Origin: Hydrogenothermaceae bacterium
Lineage (GTDB): Bacteria > Aquificota > Aquificia > Aquificales > Hydrogenothermaceae
Assembly (NCBI GenBank): GCA_037478615.1
Contig: JBBFMH010000001.1
Location: 1 to 36,199, forward strand
DNA: 36,199 nt
Direction: 5' to 3'
In this document: in pieces, positions 1 to 9,405 of the stretch
Position numbering within the stretch: the first letter of the stretch is position 1
How the letters are laid out: each line of letters opens with the position of its first letter
The notes under the pieces: generated by a model
Database searches by the model: none
What the model was told of the DNA's origin: nothing
The model's input: the letters and a program-made list of their open reading frames with translations, nothing else
Translations under genes and position numbers: made by a program

Positions 1-2
1 TA

Positions 3-608
3 TTCGGTGCTCTACTGTCTCTATTAATGGGATATGGATTTGATATTGGAATGCCGGGGCTCTTAGAGATTTTATTTATATTGGGAGTAGGATATCTGAT
101 TTTTAGAATGTTAAAATCAAGAGCATCGGAGCCTCAACCTCAACCTATATCAGGTTATAACATATCCTCACAGGATTACTACTATACTGCATCCACTATT
201 CCTAACATAAATGAAGAGCTGATTTTAAACTTGGCCAAAAATGCATTTATTGATATACAAAAATCATGGTCGGAAGGAGACCTGTCAAAAGTGAGAAATT
301 TCACAACAGACAGAATGTATAACTATTTAGTTTCTCAGTTAGATGATTTAAAATCAAAAGGTTTAAGAAATATAGTAAAAGACATTCAAATAGAAAATAT
401 AGAGATAGTTCATGTTGAAGAAGAAAAAGACCATAAAGTAGTGATAGTTGAGATAGATGCTACTGCTATTGATTATACAGTTGATAGTAGGGGAAATGTT
501 GTTGAAGGAGACTCTGTTAACCCTGTTAGGTTTAAAGAGTATTGGGCTTTCGTAGGCAAAGCCATTGACTGGAGATTAGACGATATAAAGCAAGTTGAAG
601 ATGTTTAG
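3..608 (+). CDS. Tim44-like domain membrane protein (probably 5'-partial; first in-window ATG at 27)
   Basis: The frame is open from nt 3 (FGALLSLL precedes the M at 27), so the start may lie outside the window. There is an N-terminal hydrophobic segment (LLEILFILGVGYLIF). The C-terminal ~140 aa (SWSEGDLSKVRNFTTDRMY ... WRLDDI) resembles bacterial Tim44-like domain proteins. Confidence 0.6.
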   Translation, partial: FGALLSLLMGYGFDIGMPGLLEILFILGVGYLIFRMLKSRASEPQPQPISGYNISSQDYYYTASTIPNINEELILNLAKNAFIDIQKSWSEGDLSKVRNFTTDRMYNYLVSQLDDLKSKGLRNIVKDIQIENIEIVHVEEEKDHKVVIVEIDATAIDYTVDSRGNVVEGDSVNPVRFKEYWAFVGKAIDWRLDDIKQVEDV

Positions 609-976
609 TTATTTGGTAGTTTTAAATAGCTTATAGCTATACCACTTAAAACAAGTAAAGGTAGTCCGATAATAATTGTTACCACAAAAGATAAAAGGGC
701 TGTTAGTAGTCCTTTTTTATAACTTTCTTTAAAGATGTAATTAGCCAAAAAAGTTTGAACGGTAAATAACACCACAAACATAACAACAACTGAGTAATAA
801 TTTATTAAGTTTTGAGTTAACATTTTTAATACTCCGGCGATAGTGTAGGATAAAAGCACCACAAAGAAAGATTTGATAAAGGAACTTTCTTTATAAACTG
901 TAAGTTTTGAAGAGTACCAGTAGGAGAAAGTTGCAACAAGTAAGAATGTAAAAGCCACTAAAAAGTTGTATATCAT
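605..976 (-). CDS. small integral membrane protein, unknown function
   Basis: 123-aa ORF with about 4 hydrophobic helices. ATG start is preceded by GAGG. It lies 9 nt downstream of midA on the same strand, so it is probably co-transcribed. I recognise no family. Confidence 0.5.
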   Translation of the reverse strand: MIYNFLVAFTFLLVATFSYWYSSKLTVYKESSFIKSFFVVLLSYTIAGVLKMLTQNLINYYSVVVMFVVLFTVQTFLANYIFKESYKKGLLTALLSFVVTIIIGLPLLVLSGIAISYLKLPNN

Positions 977-985
977 ATCAACCTC

Positions 986-2137
986 TCAAAGTTTGTATCT
1001 GTCTGTTTGGGGTGGAGTTATCTTTAAACCTTCAAGTTGTGGATTTTGTATATTTTTGGATTGGATAAGTATTTTAAATTTCTCACCCATTCCTTTTGGA
1101 AGTATCAGAGTTTTTAATCTGTTTGCTTTTTCATAGGATTTATAATCTCCTTTCTCATATAGATTATTTAACTCTTCTGCAAGTCCAAGGTTAATCAAAA
1201 AATGAGCCTGGTCTGTAAATCCGACAGTTTTTAATCCAGACTTTCCTCCGTAGTAAGAAATTGCAGAAAAATTTACATGGGATGTGATATCTTGAAGTCC
1301 CACATTCTGATAGTAGTTTTCGTTATAGGTATGTTTGTAATAACATATTAAAGTTCCACGGCTTCTGTATGGTTTATAGAGTTCCCTTGAAGGATATCCG
1401 TAATCTATTGTAAATACAAAACCTTTCTCTAACTTATCAGCCAACATAGATATAACTTTTATAGCATCTGTGTTTATCTCAGTTGTTATATTGTCCGGTA
1501 GTTTTATATCTAAATCTTCTATATACTTTCTAATTTCCTCAGAAATTTCCTTCTCTATCTCAACAACATTATCTTCCTGATCCAGAGTCAAAAATATCTC
1601 ATAAACCTTACCATCTTTAACTTTTATCATATGAGTGGGAATAGCATCAAAAAGCTCATTTGAGTAGATAATTCCTTTAATTGGATGTATATCAGATATA
1701 TCTTGGTAGTATTCTATATTGTCAAAATCTTTAAGTAGTTCTCTTTGTAGCTGTCTGTGATAGTCAGATTTTTCTACGGATAAAAATTTTATGTTTCTGT
1801 ATATATCTGGATATTTATCTTTTACATATCTGACAACATCGTGTAGTAAATACCCTTTTCCAGAGCCTACCTCAACAATATGTATATGTTGATCTTTAAA
1901 GTATCTTTCATAAATCTCTATAAACTGCTTTGCTAAGAGCTGTCCGAATATAGGGTCTAACTCGGAGGATGTAAAGTAATCTCCAAATCCACCTATCTTC
2001 TGTTTATTTGATGTGTAGTATCCATATTCAGAATGATATAGAGCCATCTCCATAAAATCTCTGAAGGAGATAGCCCCTTTACTTTTTATTATATCTTTTA
2101 TATACTCAACTAACTCTGTTTTTCCGGATAACTTCAT
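986..2137 (-). CDS. MidA/NDUFAF7-family (DUF185) class I SAM-dependent methyltransferase
   Basis: Motifs: SAM-binding loop VEVGSGKGYL, family-typical YSNELFDAIPTH, and IDYGY. Its ATG overlaps the nuoI TAA by 1 nt (TAATG). Confidence 0.85.
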   Translation of the reverse strand: MKLSGKTELVEYIKDIIKSKGAISFRDFMEMALYHSEYGYYTSNKQKIGGFGDYFTSSELDPIFGQLLAKQFIEIYERYFKDQHIHIVEVGSGKGYLLHDVVRYVKDKYPDIYRNIKFLSVEKSDYHRQLQRELLKDFDNIEYYQDISDIHPIKGIIYSNELFDAIPTHMIKVKDGKVYEIFLTLDQEDNVVEIEKEISEEIRKYIEDLDIKLPDNITTEINTDAIKVISMLADKLEKGFVFTIDYGYPSRELYKPYRSRGTLICYYKHTYNENYYQNVGLQDITSHVNFSAISYYGGKSGLKTVGFTDQAHFLINLGLAEELNNLYEKGDYKSYEKANRLKTLILPKGMGEKFKILIQSKNIQNPQLEGLKITPPQTDRYKL

Positions 2138-2829
2138 TAAGTTGTTTGGTCTATGTAGTTTGGACCCAACTTAGGCATGTTGAAATCCCAAAGTTTTTCC
2201 CTTGTTTTATCATAATCAGGCCAGATTTTCTGGTCTTCTCTCCACTGTGAGTTTTGGTCAAACTTCTCACTTCCTCTTCTTGCCACAAAATCATTTGCTA
2301 TCTGTGTTAGCATATCTTTATCTAAAACCCAGTTTCTTCTCGTGTAAGCTGATAGATCGTATATATCAGTCATTATTATACAGTCTGTTGGACAGGCTTG
2401 GGTACACAGACCACAGAATGTACATTTTGATAAATCCATAGTGAAAACAGTCATAACTTTTAAACCATAGTGAGGATGGTCTTCAGGAACATCAAGTTTC
2501 TCAGCTTGTATATCAAAAAGCTCCGGAACAGGACAAGCTGCTTGACAGAATTTACATGCTATACATCTTGTCTCACCTATCTCAGGTGGTTTTATCTTCA
2601 ATCTTTTAACCCAACTGTCAAACTCTGAGTTCTCTGTGCCGTCAACAGTCCTAAGACCGTGAACTCCTCTGAATCTTGGAGGAGGCACTACAACCTCATA
2701 AGGGAAATCGACAGTTATAACTTTTTTCCACAGATGTTTTATCGTAGTTTTAAGTCCTTTTATAAAATCAAGGAAAAATATCTTTTCAACCAAGGTTTGA
2801 GGCTGAGATCCAACCTTCTTTATTCCCAT
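2137..2829 (-). CDS. nuoI: NADH-quinone oxidoreductase subunit I (2x[4Fe-4S] ferredoxin subunit), long form
   Basis: PPPRFRGVHGL plus two cluster motifs, CIACKFCQAACP and CTFCGLCTQACP. GGAGG lies upstream of the ATG. At 230 aa it carries insertions and a C-terminal extension relative to the ~160-180 aa forms. Confidence 0.9.
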   Translation of the reverse strand: MGIKKVGSQPQTLVEKIFFLDFIKGLKTTIKHLWKKVITVDFPYEVVVPPPRFRGVHGLRTVDGTENSEFDSWVKRLKIKPPEIGETRCIACKFCQAACPVPELFDIQAEKLDVPEDHPHYGLKVMTVFTMDLSKCTFCGLCTQACPTDCIIMTDIYDLSAYTRRNWVLDKDMLTQIANDFVARRGSEKFDQNSQWREDQKIWPDYDKTREKLWDFNMPKLGPNYIDQTT

Positions 2830-2840
2830 CTTTTAACCTC

Positions 2841-4571
2841 CTATCTATCTGTTTCACCTACGACAGGGTCTATCGTTGATAGTAATGTGATAGCATCAGC
2901 TATAGGTCTTCCAATTATTGCTTTTGTAAATACCTGTAAGTTGTAAAAGGCTCCTGACCTTATCCTCATTCTGTGGGCTTTTAGTCCATCTTTCTTGTTA
3001 TATATATAAAATCCAAGCTCACCTCTTGGATTGTCTGAAGAAGCATAAACTTCACCGGCAGGTAGTTTCATTCCTCTTCCATCTATTGTAACTTTCAGTT
3101 TTTTCTCATCTGGAGTTTGGAAGAAGTAAGGATCATTCTTTGACATCCTCCTTAGTTTTGCTACACATTGCTGGATAATCTTTATACTCTGTCTCATCTC
3201 TTCCATTCTGACAAGGTATCTGTCATAGGAATCCCCAGTTTCACCAACAGGTATATCAAAATCAACTTCCCCGTAAGCATCATATTTATCTATCTTTCTC
3301 ACATCGTAAGCAACACCAGAACCTCTCGCTACAGCTCCAGTTAATCCATAGTCATACACATCTTCTTCCGTTATCACACATACATCTTTGTTTCTTGATA
3401 ACCATATCCTATTTCTTGTTAGAAGTGTTTCATAGTCGTTGATCCTTTCTGGTAGATCTTTTATGAGATGCTCTATAGCATCTAAAGCACCGTAAGGAAG
3501 GTCAGCAAATACACCACCTATCCTGAAGTAATTTATGGTAAACCTTGCGCCGGTTATACCTTCTATAATATCCATAATCTTTTCCCTTTCTCTAAATGTG
3601 TAAAGGAACATAGTTAAAGCACCCAGGTCAAGGGCATAAGTCCCAAGCCACAGGAGGTGGCTGTTAATCCTTGAAAGCTCAGCCATCATAGTTCTAATCC
3701 ATTTAGCTTTCTCCGGAATCTCAATACCGAGAAGTTTTTCAGCTGCTAAAACATAGGCATGATTTTCATTTATAGCAGCAATATAGTCCATTCTGTCTGT
3801 ATAAGGTATAAACTGTTGCCAGTTTACATTTTCTCCCAGTTTTTCTACTCCCCTGTGTAGCTGTCCTATGATAATATCACACTGTTTCACATACTCACCG
3901 TCAAGGTCAAATAAAAACCATATAGTTCCGTGGGTTCCAGGATGTAAAGGTCCCCAGTTTAGAACTATCTGAGAACTCTTTACAGGTATTCTCTTCTTCT
4001 GAGTGATCTCAAGGTCTTCCATAGTTGGTATTGCTGTATGCATTCTGTCATAGTTAAACAGTCCTTCTAATGTATCTTCCCTTAGAGTCTCATTTAAGGA
4101 TGGAAGCTCTGTATCCTTTATTCCTTCAAGAGGAAAGTCCTTTCTGAGAGGATGGTAAGGGTATGTTTCCCATAGAAGCATTCTGACGAGGTTTTCATGT
4201 CCTTCAAACTTAATTCCAAACATATCCCAGGCTTCCCTTTCAGCCCACTTTGCACCTTTCCAGAGAGTAGTAAGAGTAGGTAAAGTCTCATTTTCAGCCC
4301 AGGTTTTTACGATTATTCTGTTTTGGTTTTTCGGAGAGAAAAGTATAACTACACCTTGAAATCTTGGGTCTTCTTTCTCTCCATGGTCAATGATTGTTAA
4401 ATCCAAGAACATCCGAAAGTTTAAATCCGGATCTTCCTTTAAAAACTTAAGAAACTCTATAAATTTATCCTTTGGAACTTCTACAGAAACAACACCCTTA
4501 CTTTCCGAGGCTTTTACATATCCAAACTTTGCCTCAAGCTCCTTTGCCTTATCTAAGCTTATCCAAGACAT
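2841..4571 (-). CDS. nuoCD: NADH-quinone oxidoreductase fused subunit C/D
   Basis: The N-terminal ~170 aa are NuoC-like (FEGHENLVRMLL, YPLRKDFPL). The rest is NuoD-like (NWGPLHPGTHG, YTDRMDY, C-terminal DPVVGETDR). Total length 576 aa. Confidence 0.9.
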   Translation of the reverse strand: MSWISLDKAKELEAKFGYVKASESKGVVSVEVPKDKFIEFLKFLKEDPDLNFRMFLDLTIIDHGEKEDPRFQGVVILFSPKNQNRIIVKTWAENETLPTLTTLWKGAKWAEREAWDMFGIKFEGHENLVRMLLWETYPYHPLRKDFPLEGIKDTELPSLNETLREDTLEGLFNYDRMHTAIPTMEDLEITQKKRIPVKSSQIVLNWGPLHPGTHGTIWFLFDLDGEYVKQCDIIIGQLHRGVEKLGENVNWQQFIPYTDRMDYIAAINENHAYVLAAEKLLGIEIPEKAKWIRTMMAELSRINSHLLWLGTYALDLGALTMFLYTFREREKIMDIIEGITGARFTINYFRIGGVFADLPYGALDAIEHLIKDLPERINDYETLLTRNRIWLSRNKDVCVITEEDVYDYGLTGAVARGSGVAYDVRKIDKYDAYGEVDFDIPVGETGDSYDRYLVRMEEMRQSIKIIQQCVAKLRRMSKNDPYFFQTPDEKKLKVTIDGRGMKLPAGEVYASSDNPRGELGFYIYNKKDGLKAHRMRIRSGAFYNLQVFTKAIIGRPIADAITLLSTIDPVVGETDR

Positions 4572-4667
4572 ACCTTCGCCTCTTTAAAGTTTTTTAAAAC
4601 AATGTTATAAAATATTAACCTTTTTTTTAGAATATATCAAGTAGTTTAACTATTATATCAAAACCTT

Positions 4668-4913
4668 TTACCATCCTATCGGAATATTTTCAGATTCACA
4701 GAAAGTAACACCATTTTCAGTTTCACACAGACAGTAAGAAAATCTATAAATTCCCATCTCCGTATTCACGATTGATTCAACTTCAAAACATCCATCTTTT
4801 TTTACAGATTCTGTTAGGTTGAAGTAGATGATTCTGTAAAAGCTACTTCCAAGTTTAGTAACATCGGCTTGAAGTCGATCCAAAACCTCATTTATCAGCT
4901 CTTTTGAGTCCAT
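4668..4913 (-). CDS. hypothetical small protein (81 aa)
   Basis: This is the only long ORF in the interval and it is on the same strand as nuoCD. The composition looks normal and includes a CLC ... C motif. I recognise no family. Confidence 0.35.
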   Translation of the reverse strand: MDSKELINEVLDRLQADVTKLGSSFYRIIYFNLTESVKKDGCFEVESIVNTEMGIYRFSYCLCETENGVTFCESENIPIGW

Positions 4914-5005
4914 GACTCTCCCCCATCAATAGAGTTATTCTATTATAACCCAATAACATTTATGATAGAATAGTTTAAAAGTAATTTTTGGAGGTTGTAA
5001 AAAAT

Positions 5006-5416
5006 ATGGATTATAAGGTTTTAGAAGACCTTTACTACACAAAAGAGCATATATGGGTAAAGATAGAGTCAGATGTGGCTACAATAGGTATAACAGATTA
5101 CGGACAGCATCAGCTTGGTGATGTTGTTTTTGTTGATTTACCAGAGTTAAATAGAGAAGTGGAGTCCGGAGAGGTTATAGCTTCAGTTGAATCCGTGAAA
5201 GCTGTGTCTGAGATTTACTCTCCTCTAACCGGAAAGATAATATCTATAAATGAAGACCTATCAAATGACCCTTCTGTTATAAATTCAGACCCTTACGGTG
5301 ATGGCTGGATATGTGATATACAGCTAAAAGACTTACAAGAGATAGAAGACCTTATGACAGCAGATGATTACAGAGCATACTTAGAAGAGCTTGAAGCCGA
5401 AGAAGAGGAAATATAA
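5006..5416 (+). CDS. gcvH: glycine cleavage system H-type lipoyl carrier protein
   Basis: Lipoyl-lysine motif SVESVKAVSEIYSP, then GDGW. The ORF track starts at TTG 4988, but ATG 5006 sits 11 nt after GGAGG (4990-4994), so I prefer 5006. The C-terminal tail is acidic. Confidence 0.85.
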   Translation: MDYKVLEDLYYTKEHIWVKIESDVATIGITDYGQHQLGDVVFVDLPELNREVESGEVIASVESVKAVSEIYSPLTGKIISINEDLSNDPSVINSDPYGDGWICDIQLKDLQEIEDLMTADDYRAYLEELEAEEEEI

Positions 5417-5940
5417 TGGCTCACTACATAATAACCGCTTTTGGGGAGGACAGACCAGGAATAGTTGCAAAGGTTACAAAGATACTGTATGAAAACGGCT
5501 TTAATATAGAAGACTCATCTATGACGAGACTTAACAATGAGTTTACCATAATGTTAATTGTAAAAGGTGAAAATGGGGAGTCTTTAAAAACAAATTTTGA
5601 AAACCTTGAAAAAAATGAAAATTTAACTATCTCTATCAAGGAAATTCCAGAAGATATCTTTTACAAAGAAGACAAGAGATATAAAACAATACTCAACATA
5701 GTTGTCTACGGGGCAGATAGGCCTGGTATAGTTTACAATGTATCACAAACTTTGGCAGATTTAGATATAAACATATCAGATTTAAGAACAGAGAAAACTC
5801 CTGACCTTTATATAATGTTTATAGAGGCAGAACTTCCTAAGGATACACAGCTTGAAGAACTTCAAAACCGCATAGACAATCTTAAAGAATCTTTAAAGGT
5901 TGATATATCAGTTAATCCGGTTGAAGAAGCAGAGCTTTAA
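5416..5940 (+). CDS. tandem ACT-domain protein (GcvR-like)
   Basis: Two repeats of the ACT signature (GEDRPGIVAKVT and GADRPGIVYNVS). The start overlaps the gcvH stop (TAATG). The size and architecture match glycine-cleavage regulator GcvR-type proteins. Confidence 0.6.
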   Translation: MAHYIITAFGEDRPGIVAKVTKILYENGFNIEDSSMTRLNNEFTIMLIVKGENGESLKTNFENLEKNENLTISIKEIPEDIFYKEDKRYKTILNIVVYGADRPGIVYNVSQTLADLDINISDLRTEKTPDLYIMFIEAELPKDTQLEELQNRIDNLKESLKVDISVNPVEEAEL

Positions 5941-6447
5941 ATGGAAAAACTCGAAATTTTAAAGTATCCAGATGAGAGATTAAAGATTGTTTCAAGGGAA
6001 GTTGAAGATTTTGGTAAAGATTTTAAGGAGTTTGTAGATAAACTTATATACACTATGTATAACTCTCCTGGAGGAGTTGGAATTGCCGCTCCCCAAGTTA
6101 ACAAACATATAAGGATTATTGTCATAGATTCTTCCAAAAGCACCCATAAAACAAATGTAGTGTCCCACGGACTTATGGTTCTTTCAAATCCAAAGATAAT
6201 ACATGGTGAAGGAGAGATTATATTCAGGGAAGGCTGTATGTCTGTCCCAGATTACACCGGAAATGTAAAGAGATTTTACTATATAAAAGTGGAAGCACAG
6301 GATATAAACGGCAATTTAATAACCTTTGATACAGAAGGTTTTGAAGCCGTCGTCATACAACACGAGATAGACCACCTTGACGGAAAGGTATTCATAGAGA
6401 AGGTTGTATCTCCTAAGGATATATTTAAGAGAAAAGTATATAAATGA
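5941..6447 (+). CDS. def: peptide deformylase
   Basis: The three canonical motifs are present: GIAAPQV, EGCMSVP and HEIDHLDG. Confidence 0.92.
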   Translation: MEKLEILKYPDERLKIVSREVEDFGKDFKEFVDKLIYTMYNSPGGVGIAAPQVNKHIRIIVIDSSKSTHKTNVVSHGLMVLSNPKIIHGEGEIIFREGCMSVPDYTGNVKRFYYIKVEAQDINGNLITFDTEGFEAVVIQHEIDHLDGKVFIEKVVSPKDIFKRKVYK

Positions 6448-7250
6448 AAAAAGAGAGGATAGATAAACTTCTCGTTGATAAAGGTTTAGTAGAAAGTAGA
6501 GAGAAAGCTCAAGCTCTGATAATGTCCGGGGTTGTTTTTGTAAATAATCAGAAAGTTGATAAACCGGGAACAAAGGTAGATACTGAAGCTAATATCTACA
6601 TAAAAGAGAATCTCCCTTTTGTATCAAGAGGCGGCTTTAAACTTCAGAAAGCTTTGGAAGTTTTTAATATAGATGTAAAAGACAAAGTCTGTCTTGATAT
6701 AGGATCTTCAACTGGAGGGTTTACAGACTGTTTATTACAACACGGTGCAAGAAAAGTTTATGCAGTTGATGCAGGAAAACACCAACTTCACGAAAAACTC
6801 AGAAGAGACCCGAGAGTTATATCCATAGAGGAGTTTAACGCAAGGTATCTTACGGAGAAGGAGATTCCTGAACCAGTCGATATAGTAGTGTCAGATGTGT
6901 CCTTCATATCTATAACAAAGATACTTCCCAATATATGTAACCTTCTTAAAGAAGATGCTGAAGGAGTTGTCCTTATAAAGCCCCAGTTTGAACTTTCCAA
7001 AAGAGAGGTAAAAGATGGCGTAGTAAGAGACAAAGACCTTCATATAAAGGCAATAAAATCTGTTATAAACTCCCTTGAAGAAAGCTGTTACTGTACTCAA
7101 AATTTAAGCTACTCACCGATAAAAGGACCGAAAGGTAATATAGAGTTTCTGGCACATATAAAGAAAGGAAAGGACTGTAAAAAACTATATGAAGATGATA
7201 TAATCAGAGTAGTAGAAGAAGCTCATCGGAGTTTAGATGGAAATTCTTGA
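6444..7250 (+). CDS. tlyA: TlyA-family rRNA (cytidine-2'-O)-methyltransferase
   Basis: N-terminal S4-like segment RIDKLLVDKGLVESREKAQALI. FtsJ-type SAM motif DIGSSTGGFTDCLLQHGA. DVSFIS is also present. The start overlaps the def stop by 4 nt. Confidence 0.85.
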   Translation: MKKERIDKLLVDKGLVESREKAQALIMSGVVFVNNQKVDKPGTKVDTEANIYIKENLPFVSRGGFKLQKALEVFNIDVKDKVCLDIGSSTGGFTDCLLQHGARKVYAVDAGKHQLHEKLRRDPRVISIEEFNARYLTEKEIPEPVDIVVSDVSFISITKILPNICNLLKEDAEGVVLIKPQFELSKREVKDGVVRDKDLHIKAIKSVINSLEESCYCTQNLSYSPIKGPKGNIEFLAHIKKGKDCKKLYEDDIIRVVEEAHRSLDGNS

Positions 7251-8133
7251 TTATCACAGACTGAAAATTTTTAAAACAGTGGCAGATGTTAGAAGTATAT
7301 CAAAAGCAGCACAGATGTTATTCATCTCCCAACCAACAGTCACTCTTCAGATAAAGAAGTTAGAAAACTATCTTGGAGTAACTCTATTTAAAAGGTCAAA
7401 AAACAGTATAGAACTTACAGAAGAGGGAAAACTACTATACAAACACGCTCAAAACATACTTAACGAATACTCCTACCTTGAGGAAGATTTAAAAGAGTTA
7501 AAAGTATCAACAAAGAGTATACTGACCGTTGGAGCAAGCTCCACTATAGGAGATTTCTTACTTCCAAAGATTATCCCACAGTTTTATAAACTTTATCCTA
7601 ATGTTAGATTAAATCTGTTTGTTGGAAATTCAAAAGAGGTAGAAGAGGGGGTTTTATCAAGGGTATTCAACTTAGGATTGATAGAGGATAACATTGACTC
7701 AACTAAGCTCTTTGTTAAGAAATTTTATGAAGATGAGATTATTCTCACAGCATCTATAAACAATCCAATTCCTTCAGGTATAACATTAGATCAGTTTCAA
7801 AACTACCAGCTTATAATGAGGGAACAGGGAAGCGGAACGAGGAATGTTGTTGAAAGTAGCTTAAAAATTGGACTAAAACCAGTGATGGAGATATCAAGTA
7901 GTAAAGCAATTGCAAAGATAGTCCAGAACTCTAACTTTGTCTCTTTTATATCAAAATTGGTTGTTTCAGAGATGCTAAGCTGTGATATACTTAAAGAGGT
8001 AAAGATAGAAAACATAAACCTAAAACGGGGATTTTTCATAATAACTCAGAAAAACATCCGTCTCTCTCCTGTAGAGAACTCCTTCTACCAGTTTCTAACC
8101 AAAGATCTTAATAACTATATAAAGTCCAAGTAA
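7237..8133 (+). CDS. LysR-family transcriptional regulator
   Basis: N-terminal HTH SISKAAQMLFISQPTVTLQIKKLE followed by a ~200-aa substrate-binding-type domain. Overlaps tlyA by 14 nt. Confidence 0.85.
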   Translation: MEILDYHRLKIFKTVADVRSISKAAQMLFISQPTVTLQIKKLENYLGVTLFKRSKNSIELTEEGKLLYKHAQNILNEYSYLEEDLKELKVSTKSILTVGASSTIGDFLLPKIIPQFYKLYPNVRLNLFVGNSKEVEEGVLSRVFNLGLIEDNIDSTKLFVKKFYEDEIILTASINNPIPSGITLDQFQNYQLIMREQGSGTRNVVESSLKIGLKPVMEISSSKAIAKIVQNSNFVSFISKLVVSEMLSCDILKEVKIENINLKRGFFIITQKNIRLSPVENSFYQFLTKDLNNYIKSK

Positions 8134-9402
8134 GGTAAATATAAGGGTAGGGATAGTTAGAACTATTCCGATTTTGAAGTAGTATCCCCATCCTATTTTT
8201 ATGCCTTTACTCTCTAAAACATGAAGCCACAGGAGTGTCGCAAGAGAACCGATAGGTGTTATCTTGGGTCCAAGATCACAGCCTATAACATTGGCATAAC
8301 CAAGTATCTTTTTTACCTCTAATGCTGTATTTATCTCATCTATGGATAGGTTTACTATCATAACAGATGGCATGTTATTCATAACAGAGGATAAAAACGC
8401 AGCTAAAAATCCAGTGAAGAAGATAGCTACAAATTCACCGTAGTTTAAAGATATCTCTATTAGTTTTGATAACTCCACTGTAAGTCCGGCATTTTTAAGT
8501 CCATAAACTACCACATACATACCTATTGAGAAAACCACTATCTTCCAAGGTGTTTCTTTTAGAAGAACAGTTTTAGTGTCGAAAGCTCTATTTTTTAAAG
8601 ATGCTAAGAATAAAATCACACTTGCAAGTATTATAATAAAAGAAGTAGGAACATGGTAATAGATCTCACTTATAAAGAAGGCAATTAACATTCCAAATGC
8701 TACAAACCAAGTTATCTTAAACACAAATGGGTCTTTTATTGCAAGTTTTGGTGGTTTATCCTCTAAAATCTCAGTGTCGTATCTATTTATAAGGTCTCTT
8801 TTGAAGAAAAGATATAGAACAGTTATAGTAGCCAGAAGAGAAAAAAGATTTACAAACACCATCCTTAGAGCATACTCAAAAAATCCGATATGAAAGTAAT
8901 CAGCGGTAAGTATATTAACAAGATTGGATATTATAAGAGGTAAACTTGTTGTATCAGCTACAAAACCACTTCCCATTATAAAAGGAAGCATAGCCTTCTC
9001 TTTCAACCCAAGATGTTTTATCTTCTGATAAACTATGGGAGTAAGTATGAGTGCCGCTCCATCGTTTGCAAAAAATGCCGATATGATGGCTCCAAGTATA
9101 ATTATATAAAGGAATAACTTTTTACCATCTCCATTTGCAAAATGCATCATGTGGAGAGAAGCCCACTCAAAGAACCCGATTTTGTCAAGAATTATAGATA
9201 TAAAGATGATACCTAAAAAAGCAACTGTAGGATCCCAGACAATCTCAACTACCCTTTTTACATCATCAATAGAGACTATACCTAAAGTAAGGCTGACAAT
9301 AGCTCCTACTGTAGCACTCCAACCTATACCTATTTTCCAAGGCTGTTTTATAACGAAAAACAGAGTTATTAAAAATACAGCAAAAGCTAATAACTCAGTC
9401 AT
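8095..9402 (-). CDS. arsB: arsenite efflux pump membrane protein ArsB
   Basis: It is near-colinear with ArsB as I remember it: GIGWSAT, FFEWA, FANDGAALILTPIV, NVIGCDLGPKITPIGSLATLLWLHVL. 435 aa and multi-TM. Confidence 0.92.
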   Translation of the reverse strand: MTELLAFAVFLITLFFVIKQPWKIGIGWSATVGAIVSLTLGIVSIDDVKRVVEIVWDPTVAFLGIIFISIILDKIGFFEWASLHMMHFANGDGKKLFLYIIILGAIISAFFANDGAALILTPIVYQKIKHLGLKEKAMLPFIMGSGFVADTTSLPLIISNLVNILTADYFHIGFFEYALRMVFVNLFSLLATITVLYLFFKRDLINRYDTEILEDKPPKLAIKDPFVFKITWFVAFGMLIAFFISEIYYHVPTSFIIILASVILFLASLKNRAFDTKTVLLKETPWKIVVFSIGMYVVVYGLKNAGLTVELSKLIEISLNYGEFVAIFFTGFLAAFLSSVMNNMPSVMIVNLSIDEINTALEVKKILGYANVIGCDLGPKITPIGSLATLLWLHVLESKGIKIGWGYYFKIGIVLTIPTLIFTLLGLYIVIKIFG

Positions 9403-9405
9403 CTT

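Noticed and set aside
4914-5005. Looked for a glycine riboswitch in front of gcvH.
   Set aside because: The spacer is only ~90 nt and very AT-rich. It lacks the conserved GGAGAG ... CACCG-type cores. Only a short inverted repeat is present, reported separately.
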